DNA of 64,000 nt from an uncultured Bacilli bacterium (GTDB lineage: Bacteria > Bacillota_I > Bacilli_A > RF39 > UBA660): the NCBI GenBank assembly GCA_944332645.1, contig CALVKK010000001.1:30059-94058 (forward strand), given 5' to 3'. Shown piece by piece: positions 47,018-56,500 of this stretch. How positions within the stretch are numbered: position 1 is the stretch's first letter; each line of letters starts with the position of its first letter. A model generated the notes under the pieces. It made no database searches. It was not told the origin of the DNA and saw only the letters and a list, made by a program, of their open reading frames with translations. A program made the position numbers and the translations under genes.

Positions 47018-47251
47018 CTATAAATTCACTAAACAATAATCTCGATCATTATTTCGACTGCATTGTTCTAAAGCATTGTTCTGTAATAAATAGCCTAAAT
47101 AGAACATACCTACTAACAATGCACCAACCACAACCATACCGATTATCATTCTGTGTTCTTTTTTCTTCTTTTCTTTTAAAAATTGTTTTCTCATTTTAAT
47201 TTGATTTTCTTTTAATACTTCGTTTAATGTTTTTCCCTCTTTATTTTTCAT
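47018..47251 (-). CDS. Small membrane protein
   Basis: Exact copy of 10853..11086. Confidence 0.5.
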   Translation of the reverse strand: MKNKEGKTLNEVLKENQIKMRKQFLKEKKKKEHRMIIGMVVVGALLVGMFYLGYLLQNNALEQCSRNNDRDYCLVNL

Positions 47252-47278
47252 ATAGCTTGTCCTTTCTTTTTTAGAAAA

Positions 47279-47395
47279 CTATGAATAATAATTTTCTTGA
47301 ATAAATAATGTTAGATTTTTTATTATTTTTTCTAATCTTTCTTTATTAGGTGGATTAGAACTTTTTATTTTTAATGCAGACTTGTTTTTTTTCAT
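47279..47395 (-). CDS. Possible 38-aa basic peptide
   Basis: Exact copy of 11114..11230. Confidence 0.25.
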   Translation of the reverse strand: MKKNKSALKIKSSNPPNKERLEKIIKNLTLFIQENYYS

Positions 47396-47502
47396 ATTCT
47401 CACCTACTAAATAATATTTTTTTAAGGTTTGTCCTTATTCTTTAAATTATTTTGTTGACTTGCTTTATGTTCTCCTTTACAATGTTTTTGAAAGGAGGAA
47501 TT

Positions 47503-47733
47503 ATGGCAAATCAACATACTGTTCCAAATCCAAATGGTGGTTGGGATGTAAAACGTGAAAACGCTAAACGCGCAACTAAACATTTTGATAATCAAAGCGA
47601 TGCATATAAATATGCTCAATCAATCGCTAAAAATCAAAACAGTGAAGCGCTTTTACACGGTCGTGACGGTAAGATTCGTGCTAGAGAAAGTTACGGAAAC
47701 GACCCAAAACACATTAAGGATACGGAATATTAA
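47503..47733 (+). CDS. DUF2188-family small protein
   Basis: Exact copy of 11338..11568. Confidence 0.65.
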   Translation: MANQHTVPNPNGGWDVKRENAKRATKHFDNQSDAYKYAQSIAKNQNSEALLHGRDGKIRARESYGNDPKHIKDTEY

Positions 47734-47752
47734 TATTTGCAGTTAGTTTTTT

Positions 47753-47920
47753 CTAACTGTTTTTTTCTTTTACTCTAACTATATAAGGTTTAATAATATC
47801 AACATATTCTTGAGTAAATTCAACTATTATTTCTTTAGTTTCTTCATTTTGAATAATTACATATTCTATATTTTTGTTTAAAATATTATTGCATTTTTCT
47901 TCTTTTTGACATTCTTTCAT
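47753..47920 (-). CDS. Possible 55-aa early protein
   Basis: Exact copy of 11588..11755. Confidence 0.35.
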   Translation of the reverse strand: MKECQKEEKCNNILNKNIEYVIIQNEETKEIIVEFTQEYVDIIKPYIVRVKEKNS

Positions 47921-47925
47921 CTTAT

Positions 47926-48171
47926 CTACTCCTGTTCGTTGTTTTTCTGCTTATTCGCATATATTTTTCTAAAAAAAATGTCAAAATCTTCGTTATATAC
48001 TAGCAAAATTTTTTCTAATATATCGATTTGCATAGAAACCTGATTATTCTCATATCTACAAAGTGTATCTTTATTAATACCAGCCTTTTCGGCTACAATT
48101 TCAATAGACATTTTTTCTTTAGCTCTAATAGAACGAAGTTCATCAGCTATTAATTCTCTAGTATTTTTCAA
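47926..48171 (-). CDS. Cro-like XRE-family regulator
   Basis: Exact copy of 11761..12006. Confidence 0.75.
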   Translation of the reverse strand: MKNTRELIADELRSIRAKEKMSIEIVAEKAGINKDTLCRYENNQVSMQIDILEKILLVYNEDFDIFFRKIYANKQKNNEQE

Positions 48172-48304
48172 CTTTATCCCTCCTAACTACCTACATTATA
48201 CTATGCTTATTTGCAGAAGTCAATACTTTTTATGCAAATAAGCATAATTTTTATTGCTTTTTTAAAAAAAATAATATATAATCAATATGAAAGGAGGAAT
48301 TACT

Positions 48305-48943
48305 ATGCCTAATTTCTTTTCTTCAAACCTTAAATTTTTAAGAGAAAAAAAAGGATTATCACAAAATAAGTTGGCTGAAAAGGTAGGTGTAAATCAAACC
48401 ACAATTGCAAGATGGGAAACAGAAGAAATTAAACCATCTATTGACAATGTAGAACAAATTGCTAACGCATTAAATATTGGGCTACCTGAATTACTTATTT
48501 CAGACTTAAGGTTCGATAATGCTGATGTTGTAGACATACCATCAAATACTATAAAAATACCAGTTTTAGGTGTAATTAAGGCCGGAATACCTATAGAAGC
48601 CCAACAAGATATAATAGATTATGTTGAGATACCTAAAGATTGGACTAAAGGCGGTAAAGAATACTACGGACTAAAAATTAGTGGTGATAGTATGTACCCC
48701 AAATATGATAATGATGATATAGTAATTTTCTTAAAAACAAATGAAGTCATAAGTGGTAAGGACTGCGCTGTTATGGTCAATGGATTTGATGCTACATTTA
48801 AAAAGGTATTATTTCAAAATGATAGTATAGTATTGCAGCCATACAATAGCAACTACCAAGTACAAATATTTAATAAAGAACAAATAGAACAATTACCAGT
48901 TAAAATAATCGGAATAGCAAAAGAGAAAAGGACAAAATTATAA
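48305..48943 (+). CDS. CI/LexA-like repressor (HTH + S24 peptidase)
   Basis: Exact copy of 12140..12778. Confidence 0.85.
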   Translation: MPNFFSSNLKFLREKKGLSQNKLAEKVGVNQTTIARWETEEIKPSIDNVEQIANALNIGLPELLISDLRFDNADVVDIPSNTIKIPVLGVIKAGIPIEAQQDIIDYVEIPKDWTKGGKEYYGLKISGDSMYPKYDNDDIVIFLKTNEVISGKDCAVMVNGFDATFKKVLFQNDSIVLQPYNSNYQVQIFNKEQIEQLPVKIIGIAKEKRTKL

Positions 48944-49056
48944 ACATGATGATGAAGCAAATAGATATATTAAATTCCTATTAGAAAATAAAATTGATTA
49001 AAAATACGCTAGTACAGGTATTTTTAAAATAGATGTATGATTGGAGGTGTATTTTT

Positions 49057-49425
49057 ATGATATTTATTTTGGATTTTTTTATTACAATGAGTTGTTATAT
49101 GGTTTATCCTTTGGTAAAATTCGTTGTCTTAAACAAAGATGTGGAATTTACAACAAAAGATGTAAACAAAACCTGTATTATAAATAGTATTGTATGGGCT
49201 ATAATATTCTTAATTATAGGAATTAATATAATTCCAAATTACGAGCCTAACTTTGCACCTGCAATGATATGGTATTGTATTAATTACAGCATTTATTATC
49301 TAAAATATCGCAATGAAGATAATGTAAAAATTTTCGATAATAGAACTAAAAAATTAGCAATTTTAGCACTTGTTTTGGTAATCATTGTTATACTAATATA
49401 TGCATCTATATTTAAAAATATCTAA
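49057..49425 (+). CDS. Multi-pass membrane protein (moron)
   Basis: Exact copy of 12892..13260. Confidence 0.55.
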   Translation: MIFILDFFITMSCYMVYPLVKFVVLNKDVEFTTKDVNKTCIINSIVWAIIFLIIGINIIPNYEPNFAPAMIWYCINYSIYYLKYRNEDNVKIFDNRTKKLAILALVLVIIVILIYASIFKNI

Positions 49426-49571
49426 TTGGCTTAGTAAACATTTTAACACATATATATAGTAGTGTCTCTAATAAGTATTATTATTTCAATATTTAATTAC
49501 AATGATATAATTAGCTTAAAACTTGCTAGTACGGGAGTTTTAAAATAGATGTTAGATAGGAGGTGTATTAA

Positions 49572-50093
49572 GTGAAAAAATTACTAATGATTGGTTTAAC
49601 TATGGTTTTACTTGCTGGAATTACAGGTTGTACAGAAACTGTTTCTCAAGATGAGTCTGGAAACGAAAAAAAAGAATTTACTTTAACAGAAACAGCTATA
49701 GTAAATGATACAAAAATAAAAATAAATTCTGTTACAAAATTAGAAAGAGAATGTTCTTGGGAGTATGACGGAGAATGTCAAAGCTATACAGAGCCTGAAA
49801 ATGATTATTTTTTAGTTATTGATTTAACAATAGAAAATAACGGTTCTGAAGAGTTAAACATATCTTCTATGATGAGTTTTGATTTAAAAGACTCAAACGG
49901 AGAAAGAGGAAAATATGCTTTATTAACTGAAGCTATTTCTAGCCAATTAGATGGCTCCATAATGTCTGGTGATTTATTAAAAGGGCAAATCGCTTATGAT
50001 GTTAAAGATTCAGATACATTTAATTTTTACTATTTAGATAGTCTATTGGATGATCAAATTAAATTTGTTATCAATAAATCTGATATGCAATAA
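49572..50093 (+). CDS. DUF4352-like lipoprotein (moron)
   Basis: Exact copy of 13407..13928. Confidence 0.7.
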   Translation: MKKLLMIGLTMVLLAGITGCTETVSQDESGNEKKEFTLTETAIVNDTKIKINSVTKLERECSWEYDGECQSYTEPENDYFLVIDLTIENNGSEELNISSMMSFDLKDSNGERGKYALLTEAISSQLDGSIMSGDLLKGQIAYDVKDSDTFNFYYLDSLLDDQIKFVINKSDMQ

Positions 50094-50206
50094 AATTGTA
50101 TAAAAAAACTACCGCGGCAACGGTAGCAACGAAAACAAGTCTGCATAATTGTACGTGTTTTCATGTACAATTATAGCATAAAATTTAGTAAAAAGGAAGT
50201 GCTATA

Positions 50207-51724
50207 ATGAAGAATCAGGTTATAAATGAATTTAAAGAATGGCTTAAATCACAAAAATTTAATAATACAATATATGAAAAAATTGCTGGAGCATATATAA
50301 GAATTTCAACTGATAAACAAGATGAATATTCTCCAATTTCGCAATTAAAAGCAATTTGGGAGTATTGTGAAAGAAATAATATGTATTTAAATATTGATTA
50401 TATTTTTATAGAAGATGAGGGAATATCGGGGAAAAACGCACTTAAACGAACTGAATTCCAAAATATGATTGCTACTGCAAAAGCCGATAAAAAACCTTTT
50501 GACACAATTGTTTTATGGAAATTCAGCCGATTTGCTCGTAATCAAGAAGAAAGTATCGTATATAAATCTCTATTAAGAAAGAAACACAATATAAATATTA
50601 TATCAGTTTCTGAACCACTTCCTACAGGTCCATTTGGCGGGCTTATAGAGCGAATTATCGAATGGTTTGATGAATATTACCTTGTAAACCTTTCGGGCGA
50701 AGTAAAGCGTGGAATGACTGAAAAAGCACTAAAGGGAGGACTGCAATCAACTCCAGCTTTTGGATACGATGTTGATAAGCAAAATAACATTCTTGTAGTA
50801 AATGAAAGTGAATCTCAAATTGTAAAATTTATTTATGAAGAATTTACTATTAAAAACAAATCTATGTTAGATATTGCAAAACAATTATATAAAATGAATA
50901 TAAAGACAAAAAAAGGAAAAAGATTTGAAGCAAGAACAATTTATTATATTTTAGCTAATCCTGTTTATATAGGTAAATTAAGATGGACACCAACGGGTAA
51001 AACAAAATGGGATTTCAACAATGAAGAAAGTATAATAGTTAATGGAAAACATGAAGCTATAATTTCAAATGAATTATTTGAAAGAACACAAAATATTTTA
51101 AAAACTAGAATTAGAAAACCATATCAACGAATTGACAGTGAAGTTAATTATTGGTTGCGTGGTATTATAAGATGTAAAGAATGTGGTCATACATTAATAA
51201 AACACAATAGAAAGAAATTAAGATGTAATGGATACAATCACGGACAATGTTCTAATCAAACTACATTAGTAATGAGCGAAGTTGAAAATTTAGTTATACA
51301 ACAAATAAAAAGAGATTTTAGTACTGGAATAATAAGTAATATTGTGGAAAAATCAAAAACCGAAAAAAAGGTAGACACAAAGTCAATAATTTTAAATCAA
51401 ATTAAAATGAATGAATTAAAACTAAATAGAGCTAAAGAAGCTTACCAAAGTGGAGTTGACAGTTTAGAGGAATATAAAGAAAATAAAATAAAAATAGAAA
51501 AAGAACAACAATATTTAAAATCACAGCTAAATGAATTTTCGAATAATAACGAAAGTAATTTAGACGATCATAAAAAAGAAATAATTGAAAATGGAAAAAA
51601 AGTTTACGAAATTCTATTAAATGAAAACATCTCAATAAGAGAAAAAAATGACATACTACATCAACTAATTAATAAAATAGAATTTAACGAAAACACTTAT
51701 GAATTAACGATTTTTTACAATTAG
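50207..51724 (+). CDS. Large serine recombinase (integrase)
   Basis: Exact copy of 14042..15559. This copy abuts host DNA. Confidence 0.9.
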   Translation: MKNQVINEFKEWLKSQKFNNTIYEKIAGAYIRISTDKQDEYSPISQLKAIWEYCERNNMYLNIDYIFIEDEGISGKNALKRTEFQNMIATAKADKKPFDTIVLWKFSRFARNQEESIVYKSLLRKKHNINIISVSEPLPTGPFGGLIERIIEWFDEYYLVNLSGEVKRGMTEKALKGGLQSTPAFGYDVDKQNNILVVNESESQIVKFIYEEFTIKNKSMLDIAKQLYKMNIKTKKGKRFEARTIYYILANPVYIGKLRWTPTGKTKWDFNNEESIIVNGKHEAIISNELFERTQNILKTRIRKPYQRIDSEVNYWLRGIIRCKECGHTLIKHNRKKLRCNGYNHGQCSNQTTLVMSEVENLVIQQIKRDFSTGIISNIVEKSKTEKKVDTKSIILNQIKMNELKLNRAKEAYQSGVDSLEEYKENKIKIEKEQQYLKSQLNEFSNNNESNLDDHKKEIIENGKKVYEILLNENISIREKNDILHQLINKIEFNENTYELTIFYN

Positions 51725-51763
51725 TCTCTTTTGAAGTATGGTGGACCCGATTCAGAACTAGGA
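51724..51763. other. attR hybrid site (phage left arm + host cotJC right arm)
   Basis: Identical to attP through 51747 (GTCTCTTTTGAAGTATGGTGGACC), then diverges into the cotJC reading frame. The right inverted arm of attP is absent. Confidence 0.7.
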
Positions 51764-52213
51764 GCATCTTTAAGATACTTAAATCAAAGATATACTATGC
51801 CAGATGAAAGAGGATTTGCCCTTTTAACTGACATAGGAACGGAGGAAATGGCACATTGGGAAATGATAGCCACTATGATTCAACAATTAATGAAAAATTC
51901 AACCATAGAGGAATTAAAAGAACATGGATTAAATGGTTATTACACACAACATGACCATGCTAACTTTCCCGTTGATGCAAGTGGTGTACCATTCACGACA
52001 GCTTACATTGAGTCAACTGGGGATTACTGGGCTGATTTAGAAAGTGATATGGCCGCGGAACAAAGAGCACGCGTAACTTATGAAAAGCTAATTAATCAAA
52101 CTAAAGATCCTGATGTTATAGCTCCTCTTACTTTTTTAAGGCAAAGAGAAATAGTTCATTACAATCGTTTTAAAGAACTAAGAGATTATTATTTAAACAA
52201 ATATAAAAACTAA
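51731..52213 (+). pseudogene. cotJC: 3' portion of a cotJC-like spore-coat / Mn-catalase-family gene, split by prophage insertion
   Basis: YGGPDSELGASLRYLNQRYTMPD...LLTDIGTEEMAHWEMIA...AAEQRARVTYE...FLRQREIVHYNRF matches my memory of B. subtilis CotJC from about residue 28 on. The N-terminal roughly 30 codons are absent. The first codons (TTG AAG TAT GGT GGA CC) lie in sequence shared with attP. Confidence 0.8.
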
Positions 52214-52222
52214 GGTATTAAT

Positions 52223-53143
52223 ATGAAAAAAGTATTATTAATATATGGTGGATCCTCACCAGAACATAATATTTCTTGCGAATCTGCTAAATGTATAATA
52301 GAAAATATTGATAAAAATAAATACTTAATCGATTGTGTTTATATAACACAAAATAACATATGGCTATATCAAAACAAGCCAATAACAAATATAATTAATT
52401 ATTTGAAAAATTTTGACGTTGTTTTTCCAATTACCCACGGAACTAACGGCGAAGATGGAAGATTACAAGGCATGTTAGATTTATTTAATATCAAATACAT
52501 AGGTTCAAAATGTGGAACTAGTTATATTTGTATGGACAAAGAGAGAACTAAACAAATTTTAAACTATTATAAAATTCCCCAAGTCCCTTTTCAAATTTAT
52601 AATAAAAAAGAAAAAGTCATTATTCCTTTTCCAGTTATAGTTAAACCAGCATGTAGTGGATCATCCATAGGAATTGGAATTGCTAAGAATAACAAGCAAC
52701 TAAAAGATGCTATTAAAAATGCTCTAAAATATGACCAAAAAATAATTATTGAAAAATTTATCGATGCTCAAGAGTTAGAATGTGCTATTTTAGAGGACAA
52801 AAAATTAATTATTTCAGACGTAGGAGAAATAATTATTAATAATGATTTTTATGATTATGAAACAAAATATCAAAATAACAAAGCAAAAATAAAAACAGAA
52901 GCAAATATTCCAAAAACAGTAAAAAAACAAATAAAAGAATATGCTAAAAATGTATTTAATATTTTAAATATCAAAGGTTTAGCACGAATAGACTTTTTGT
53001 ACGACAAAAACACTAAAAAACTTTACTTAAATGAAATTAATACTTTACCAGGTTTTACAACTATGAGTATGTACCCAAAATTAATAATGAATAAGGGTTT
53101 AAGTTACGAAAATATAATCACTAAATTAATTGAAAATGCTTAA
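52223..53143 (+). CDS. ddl: D-alanine--D-alanine ligase
   Basis: LLIYGGSSPEHNISCESA N-terminus and an ATP-grasp body. 306 aa. Confidence 0.85.
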   Translation: MKKVLLIYGGSSPEHNISCESAKCIIENIDKNKYLIDCVYITQNNIWLYQNKPITNIINYLKNFDVVFPITHGTNGEDGRLQGMLDLFNIKYIGSKCGTSYICMDKERTKQILNYYKIPQVPFQIYNKKEKVIIPFPVIVKPACSGSSIGIGIAKNNKQLKDAIKNALKYDQKIIIEKFIDAQELECAILEDKKLIISDVGEIIINNDFYDYETKYQNNKAKIKTEANIPKTVKKQIKEYAKNVFNILNIKGLARIDFLYDKNTKKLYLNEINTLPGFTTMSMYPKLIMNKGLSYENIITKLIENA

Positions 53144-53176
53144 AAATCTTAACAATATATATTCTATTTTAAAAAA

Positions 53177-53207
53177 GTAGCATGTTTTTAAAACATGCTA
53201 CTTTTTT
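53177..53207. terminator. Bidirectional intrinsic terminator between ddl and the convergent gene
   Basis: The GTAGCATGTTT/AAACATGCTAC stem is flanked by A6 and T6. Confidence 0.75.
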
Positions 53208-53242
53208 AAAAAGACTATTGAAAAAATCAATTTGCCAATAGC

Positions 53243-54301
53243 CTATATCTCTTTATTATTTCTATTTTTTTCTTTTTTAAAGTATGCTGTTTCAATGTCA
53301 TAGTATGGATTTAATTTTTTTAACAACTTGACATTTCCTTTTTTCTTAAATTCATTTCGTCTTTCAAATAATTCCCCAAAATAAACATCATTATTATAAA
53401 TTAAAAAGAAATTGATGACTTCTGCGAAAAACTTTATATCTTCTGAATACTTTTTATATAAAAATTCAAAATTAACATCACCTACTTCAAAGGCTTTTAT
53501 AAGGGAATTATAATTGCTTTGCATATATTTTTTGTCAAGACTATAATATAGAACTAAATTTTCATATACATTAGAAAATATATAACTATAAAATTTTTTT
53601 ATTTTTTCTTTGTTACCTTTATATTTATGAATGATTTGTTGATTAATTGTGGCTCTTAAATATTCCGTTACATTCTTATAAAAAATTGAATTTCCTTTTT
53701 CATCTGTCTTAATAATATAGTCTGAACTTCGATAAATATCAATAAAATCTTGAATTAATCTTTCAGTTACTAGCATTGATTCAGTATCAACATAGTTGGC
53801 ATAATTTAAAACCTCAAGCGGATTAATTTTCATAATCTTATCCAACTTATTGTTACCTAAAACTAATTCTTGACACTTATTAATAAATAAATCGCCATTA
53901 TCAACAAACTCGACATAATCACTAATATAATCAAAGACATGGATGTTATCTTCCCAATTTAGATATTCATTTATAATATCTTGATAATTTTTCTTTTCTA
54001 GTTCATCAATATGTTCATAATAATATTCTTCCTCGATTTTGTTATCAATATTATATAAAGCAAAATAATATGAACCGCTTGTGATAATAAGCATCATCAA
54101 TTTTTTATATAATGATTTGTTTTCTGTTAAATCAATATAAGCTACCTCTGATAGCAAATTATCATATTTGCTATTTTCGTCTGTTAAAAAACGTAAAACT
54201 TCAGCACCATAAGTCATCGAATCAGAATCACTGTCAAGCATATTTAAAAGAAGTCCTAAGGACTCGACGCACGCGCCATAAAGTGTATTAATTTTCTCCA
54301 T
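53243..54301 (-). CDS. Hypothetical protein (no recognisable domain)
   Basis: 352-aa ORF. Confidence 0.55.
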   Translation of the reverse strand: MEKINTLYGACVESLGLLLNMLDSDSDSMTYGAEVLRFLTDENSKYDNLLSEVAYIDLTENKSLYKKLMMLIITSGSYYFALYNIDNKIEEEYYYEHIDELEKKNYQDIINEYLNWEDNIHVFDYISDYVEFVDNGDLFINKCQELVLGNNKLDKIMKINPLEVLNYANYVDTESMLVTERLIQDFIDIYRSSDYIIKTDEKGNSIFYKNVTEYLRATINQQIIHKYKGNKEKIKKFYSYIFSNVYENLVLYYSLDKKYMQSNYNSLIKAFEVGDVNFEFLYKKYSEDIKFFAEVINFFLIYNNDVYFGELFERRNEFKKKGNVKLLKKLNPYYDIETAYFKKEKNRNNKEI

Positions 54302-54316
54302 CCCCCTAAAAACCTC

Positions 54317-54748
54317 CTACTTAAGTATATTATTTAGAATATAGTTAAAACTAATTTTGATATCAGGAAAAACTTCAATCTCATCTAATTGTTCGTAAGA
54401 AAACCAATCATATCGATCAATTTCTTCATCTTCAATAACATCATCCTGGCTTAAAGGTATTCCAACATATGTAATGTCAATGTGTAACGATCCATCCTTA
54501 CCTCTATTCCTTTGAATGCCCAAAGGTCTAATAAAATCATCTTCACGAGGAAATCTTTCGCCAATCAACTTAACTCTAACTCCTGTTTCTTCATATGTTT
54601 CTCTTAAAGCTGTTTCTTCTGGTGTTTCATTTTTTTCTATATGTCCCCCTGGCTGAACCCAACAATTAAATTTTCGATGATGGCATAGTAAAATTTTATA
54701 ATTATTAGGATCTACTACAAAAACAGAAGCGCAAAATTCTTTGTTCAT
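54317..54748 (-). CDS. NUDIX hydrolase
   Basis: Nudix box GGHIEKNETPEETALRETYEETGV. Start taken at MNKEF (the ORF extends to 54787). Confidence 0.8.
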   Translation of the reverse strand: MNKEFCASVFVVDPNNYKILLCHHRKFNCWVQPGGHIEKNETPEETALRETYEETGVRVKLIGERFPREDDFIRPLGIQRNRGKDGSLHIDITYVGIPLSQDDVIEDEEIDRYDWFSYEQLDEIEVFPDIKISFNYILNNILK

Positions 54749-54904
54749 TAAAACACATCCCATAAATATTATAACATATTTTACCAAAGTTTAAAAATTT
54801 TATTTAGATTCTTCGCAACACCTATATGCTAACACAAATTATTGTGTTAGATAATATATTTAAGCTTATTTATGATATTTTTATTATGAAAATGGAGGTA
54901 GTAT

Positions 54905-55114
54905 ATGTATTTTAAAAGATTGAAAGATTTGCGTGTAGATAACGATTATTTACAAAAAGATATAGCTAAATTTCTAGGAATTACTCAACAATATTATTCA
55001 AAATATGAATTAGGTCAATATACAATCCCACTAGAATTTGTGATTAAATTATCTAAATTTTACAATGTTAGTGTTGATTACATAGTTGGTTTAACTGATG
55101 ACAAAAAAAAATAA
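54905..55114 (+). CDS. XRE-family HTH transcriptional regulator
   Basis: 69 aa with an HTH_3 pattern (LQKDIAKFLGITQQYYSKYELG). Confidence 0.75.
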   Translation: MYFKRLKDLRVDNDYLQKDIAKFLGITQQYYSKYELGQYTIPLEFVIKLSKFYNVSVDYIVGLTDDKKK

Positions 55115-55135
55115 AACACGTAAATAACGTGTTTT
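55103..55135. terminator. Bidirectional terminator between the XRE gene and mbl
   Basis: The AAAACACG/CGTGTTTT stem has an A-tract upstream. Confidence 0.6.
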
Positions 55136-56123
55136 ATTTATCAATTAAATGGATATTATCCAATAAAATTCCGGTTCCCTCTACAACACATGTAAGAGGA
55201 CTTTCAGCAATAAAAACAGGAACTTTCAATTCATGAGATAAAAGTTGATCAAATCCATCAATTAAAGCACCACCACCAGTAATTACAATACCTTTATCGA
55301 TAATATCAGCGGCTAATTCTGGAGGAGTTTGTTCTAAAACATTTTTTGCTTTATTGATTATTATATATACACTTTCTCGTAATGCTTCTTCTACTTCATC
55401 TGAACACAAAGTAATAGTATGAGGTAACCCTGTCACCAGATCACGACCTCTAACCTCCATTTTGTCTTTTTTATTTCCACTATAAACTGTTCCAATGCTT
55501 ATTTTAATTTCCTCTGCTGTACGATCACCAATCAAAAGTTTATACTTATCCTTAATGTATTTCATAATATCAGCATCGAAAATATTACCAGCAATTTTTA
55601 TAGATGAACTGGTAACTATTCCTCCTAATGATAAAATTGCAATATCCGTGGTTCCACCACCAATATCAATTACCATATTACCACTTGGTTTAGAAATATC
55701 CATCCCTGCACCCACTGCAGCCACTTTAGGTTCTTCTTCAATAAATACTTTTTTTGCACCAGTCCTTTCCGCAGCTTCCTTAATCGCATTTTTTTCAACT
55801 TGCGTTATATTAGAAGGACAACAGATTAAAATTCTAGGACGTGACAAAAAACTCTTTCCATTTATTTTGCGGATAAAATGATTTAACATTACTTCGGTAA
55901 TTTCAAAATCGGCAATTACTCCATCTTTCATCGGTCTAATTGCTATAACCGAACCAGGAGTACGTCCTAACATTTCTCTTGCTTCACTACCAACGGCTAA
56001 AGGTTTTTTTGTTTCAGCGTCAATCGCTACAACACTAGGCTCATTTAATACTATTCCTTGTCCTTTAACATAAATTAATACATTAGCCGTTCCCAAATCG
56101 ATTCCGATATCTTTTGCAAACAT
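55134..56123 (-). CDS. mbl: MreB-family rod-shape protein, Mbl-like
   Basis: Close match along its whole length to my memory of B. subtilis Mbl (MFAxDIGIDLGTANVLI...). spoIIID is adjacent, as in Bacillus. Confidence 0.85.
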   Translation of the reverse strand: MFAKDIGIDLGTANVLIYVKGQGIVLNEPSVVAIDAETKKPLAVGSEAREMLGRTPGSVIAIRPMKDGVIADFEITEVMLNHFIRKINGKSFLSRPRILICCPSNITQVEKNAIKEAAERTGAKKVFIEEEPKVAAVGAGMDISKPSGNMVIDIGGGTTDIAILSLGGIVTSSSIKIAGNIFDADIMKYIKDKYKLLIGDRTAEEIKISIGTVYSGNKKDKMEVRGRDLVTGLPHTITLCSDEVEEALRESVYIIINKAKNVLEQTPPELAADIIDKGIVITGGGALIDGFDQLLSHELKVPVFIAESPLTCVVEGTGILLDNIHLIDK

Positions 56124-56178
56124 TTTATCACTCTCATTCCTTTAAATATTATACCATATCTTTTACCATTTTTTTACA

Positions 56179-56433
56179 TTAACTATTTAAATTTAAATAC
56201 TTTCTTTTGGTCGATTCTCCTCCTCTTATATGCCTTACATCAGTGTGAAATTTAAGAATTTTTTCGACCTTTAAAAAAATATCATAATCTATGTCATTTA
56301 ATCGCTCATGCAAATCTTTATGAACAGTACTTTTACTAACGTTAAAAACTTTAGCAATCTCTCTTACTGTTCTGTTAGTTTTAATAATGTATTTAGATTC
56401 TTCCAACACTCTTTTTACGATGCTTTTATTCAT
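56179..56433 (-). CDS. spoIIID: Stage III sporulation transcription factor SpoIIID
   Basis: TVREIAKVFNVSKSTVHKDLHERL...HIRGGESTKRKY matches SpoIIID. Confidence 0.85.
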   Translation of the reverse strand: MNKSIVKRVLEESKYIIKTNRTVREIAKVFNVSKSTVHKDLHERLNDIDYDIFLKVEKILKFHTDVRHIRGGESTKRKYLNLNS

Positions 56434-56500
56434 ATAACACCTCTTAATTAAATATATCTTTCAAATTGATAAATATACCTAAAAAAGAGTATTAAAACTC

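Larger units (their letters stand above)
15583..51747. mobile_element. Complete 36,165-bp prophage unit (attP junction to attR)
   Basis: Bounded by the point where the two junction sequences diverge. Contains lysis, structural, packaging, RNA-module, early, lysogeny and integrase genes. Confidence 0.8.
36166..51747. repeat. Copy B of the 15,582-bp direct repeat (matches 1..15582)
   Basis: See copy A. Confidence 0.9.

Noticed and set aside
1-51747. Explaining the 36,165-bp repeat as a circular phage genome written past its end
   Set aside because: The second copy ends in a hybrid junction that runs into host genes (cotJC fragment, ddl), so at least one copy is integrated. An assembler merging free phage circles with the prophage cannot be excluded from sequence alone; it is listed as a refutation test rather than assumed.
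51731-52213. Treating the 160-aa ORF as an intact gene
   Set aside because: Family members recalled from memory (about 190 aa) have a conserved N-terminal segment that is missing here. The first six codons lie in sequence identical to phage attP, and the start is a TTG without an obvious RBS.
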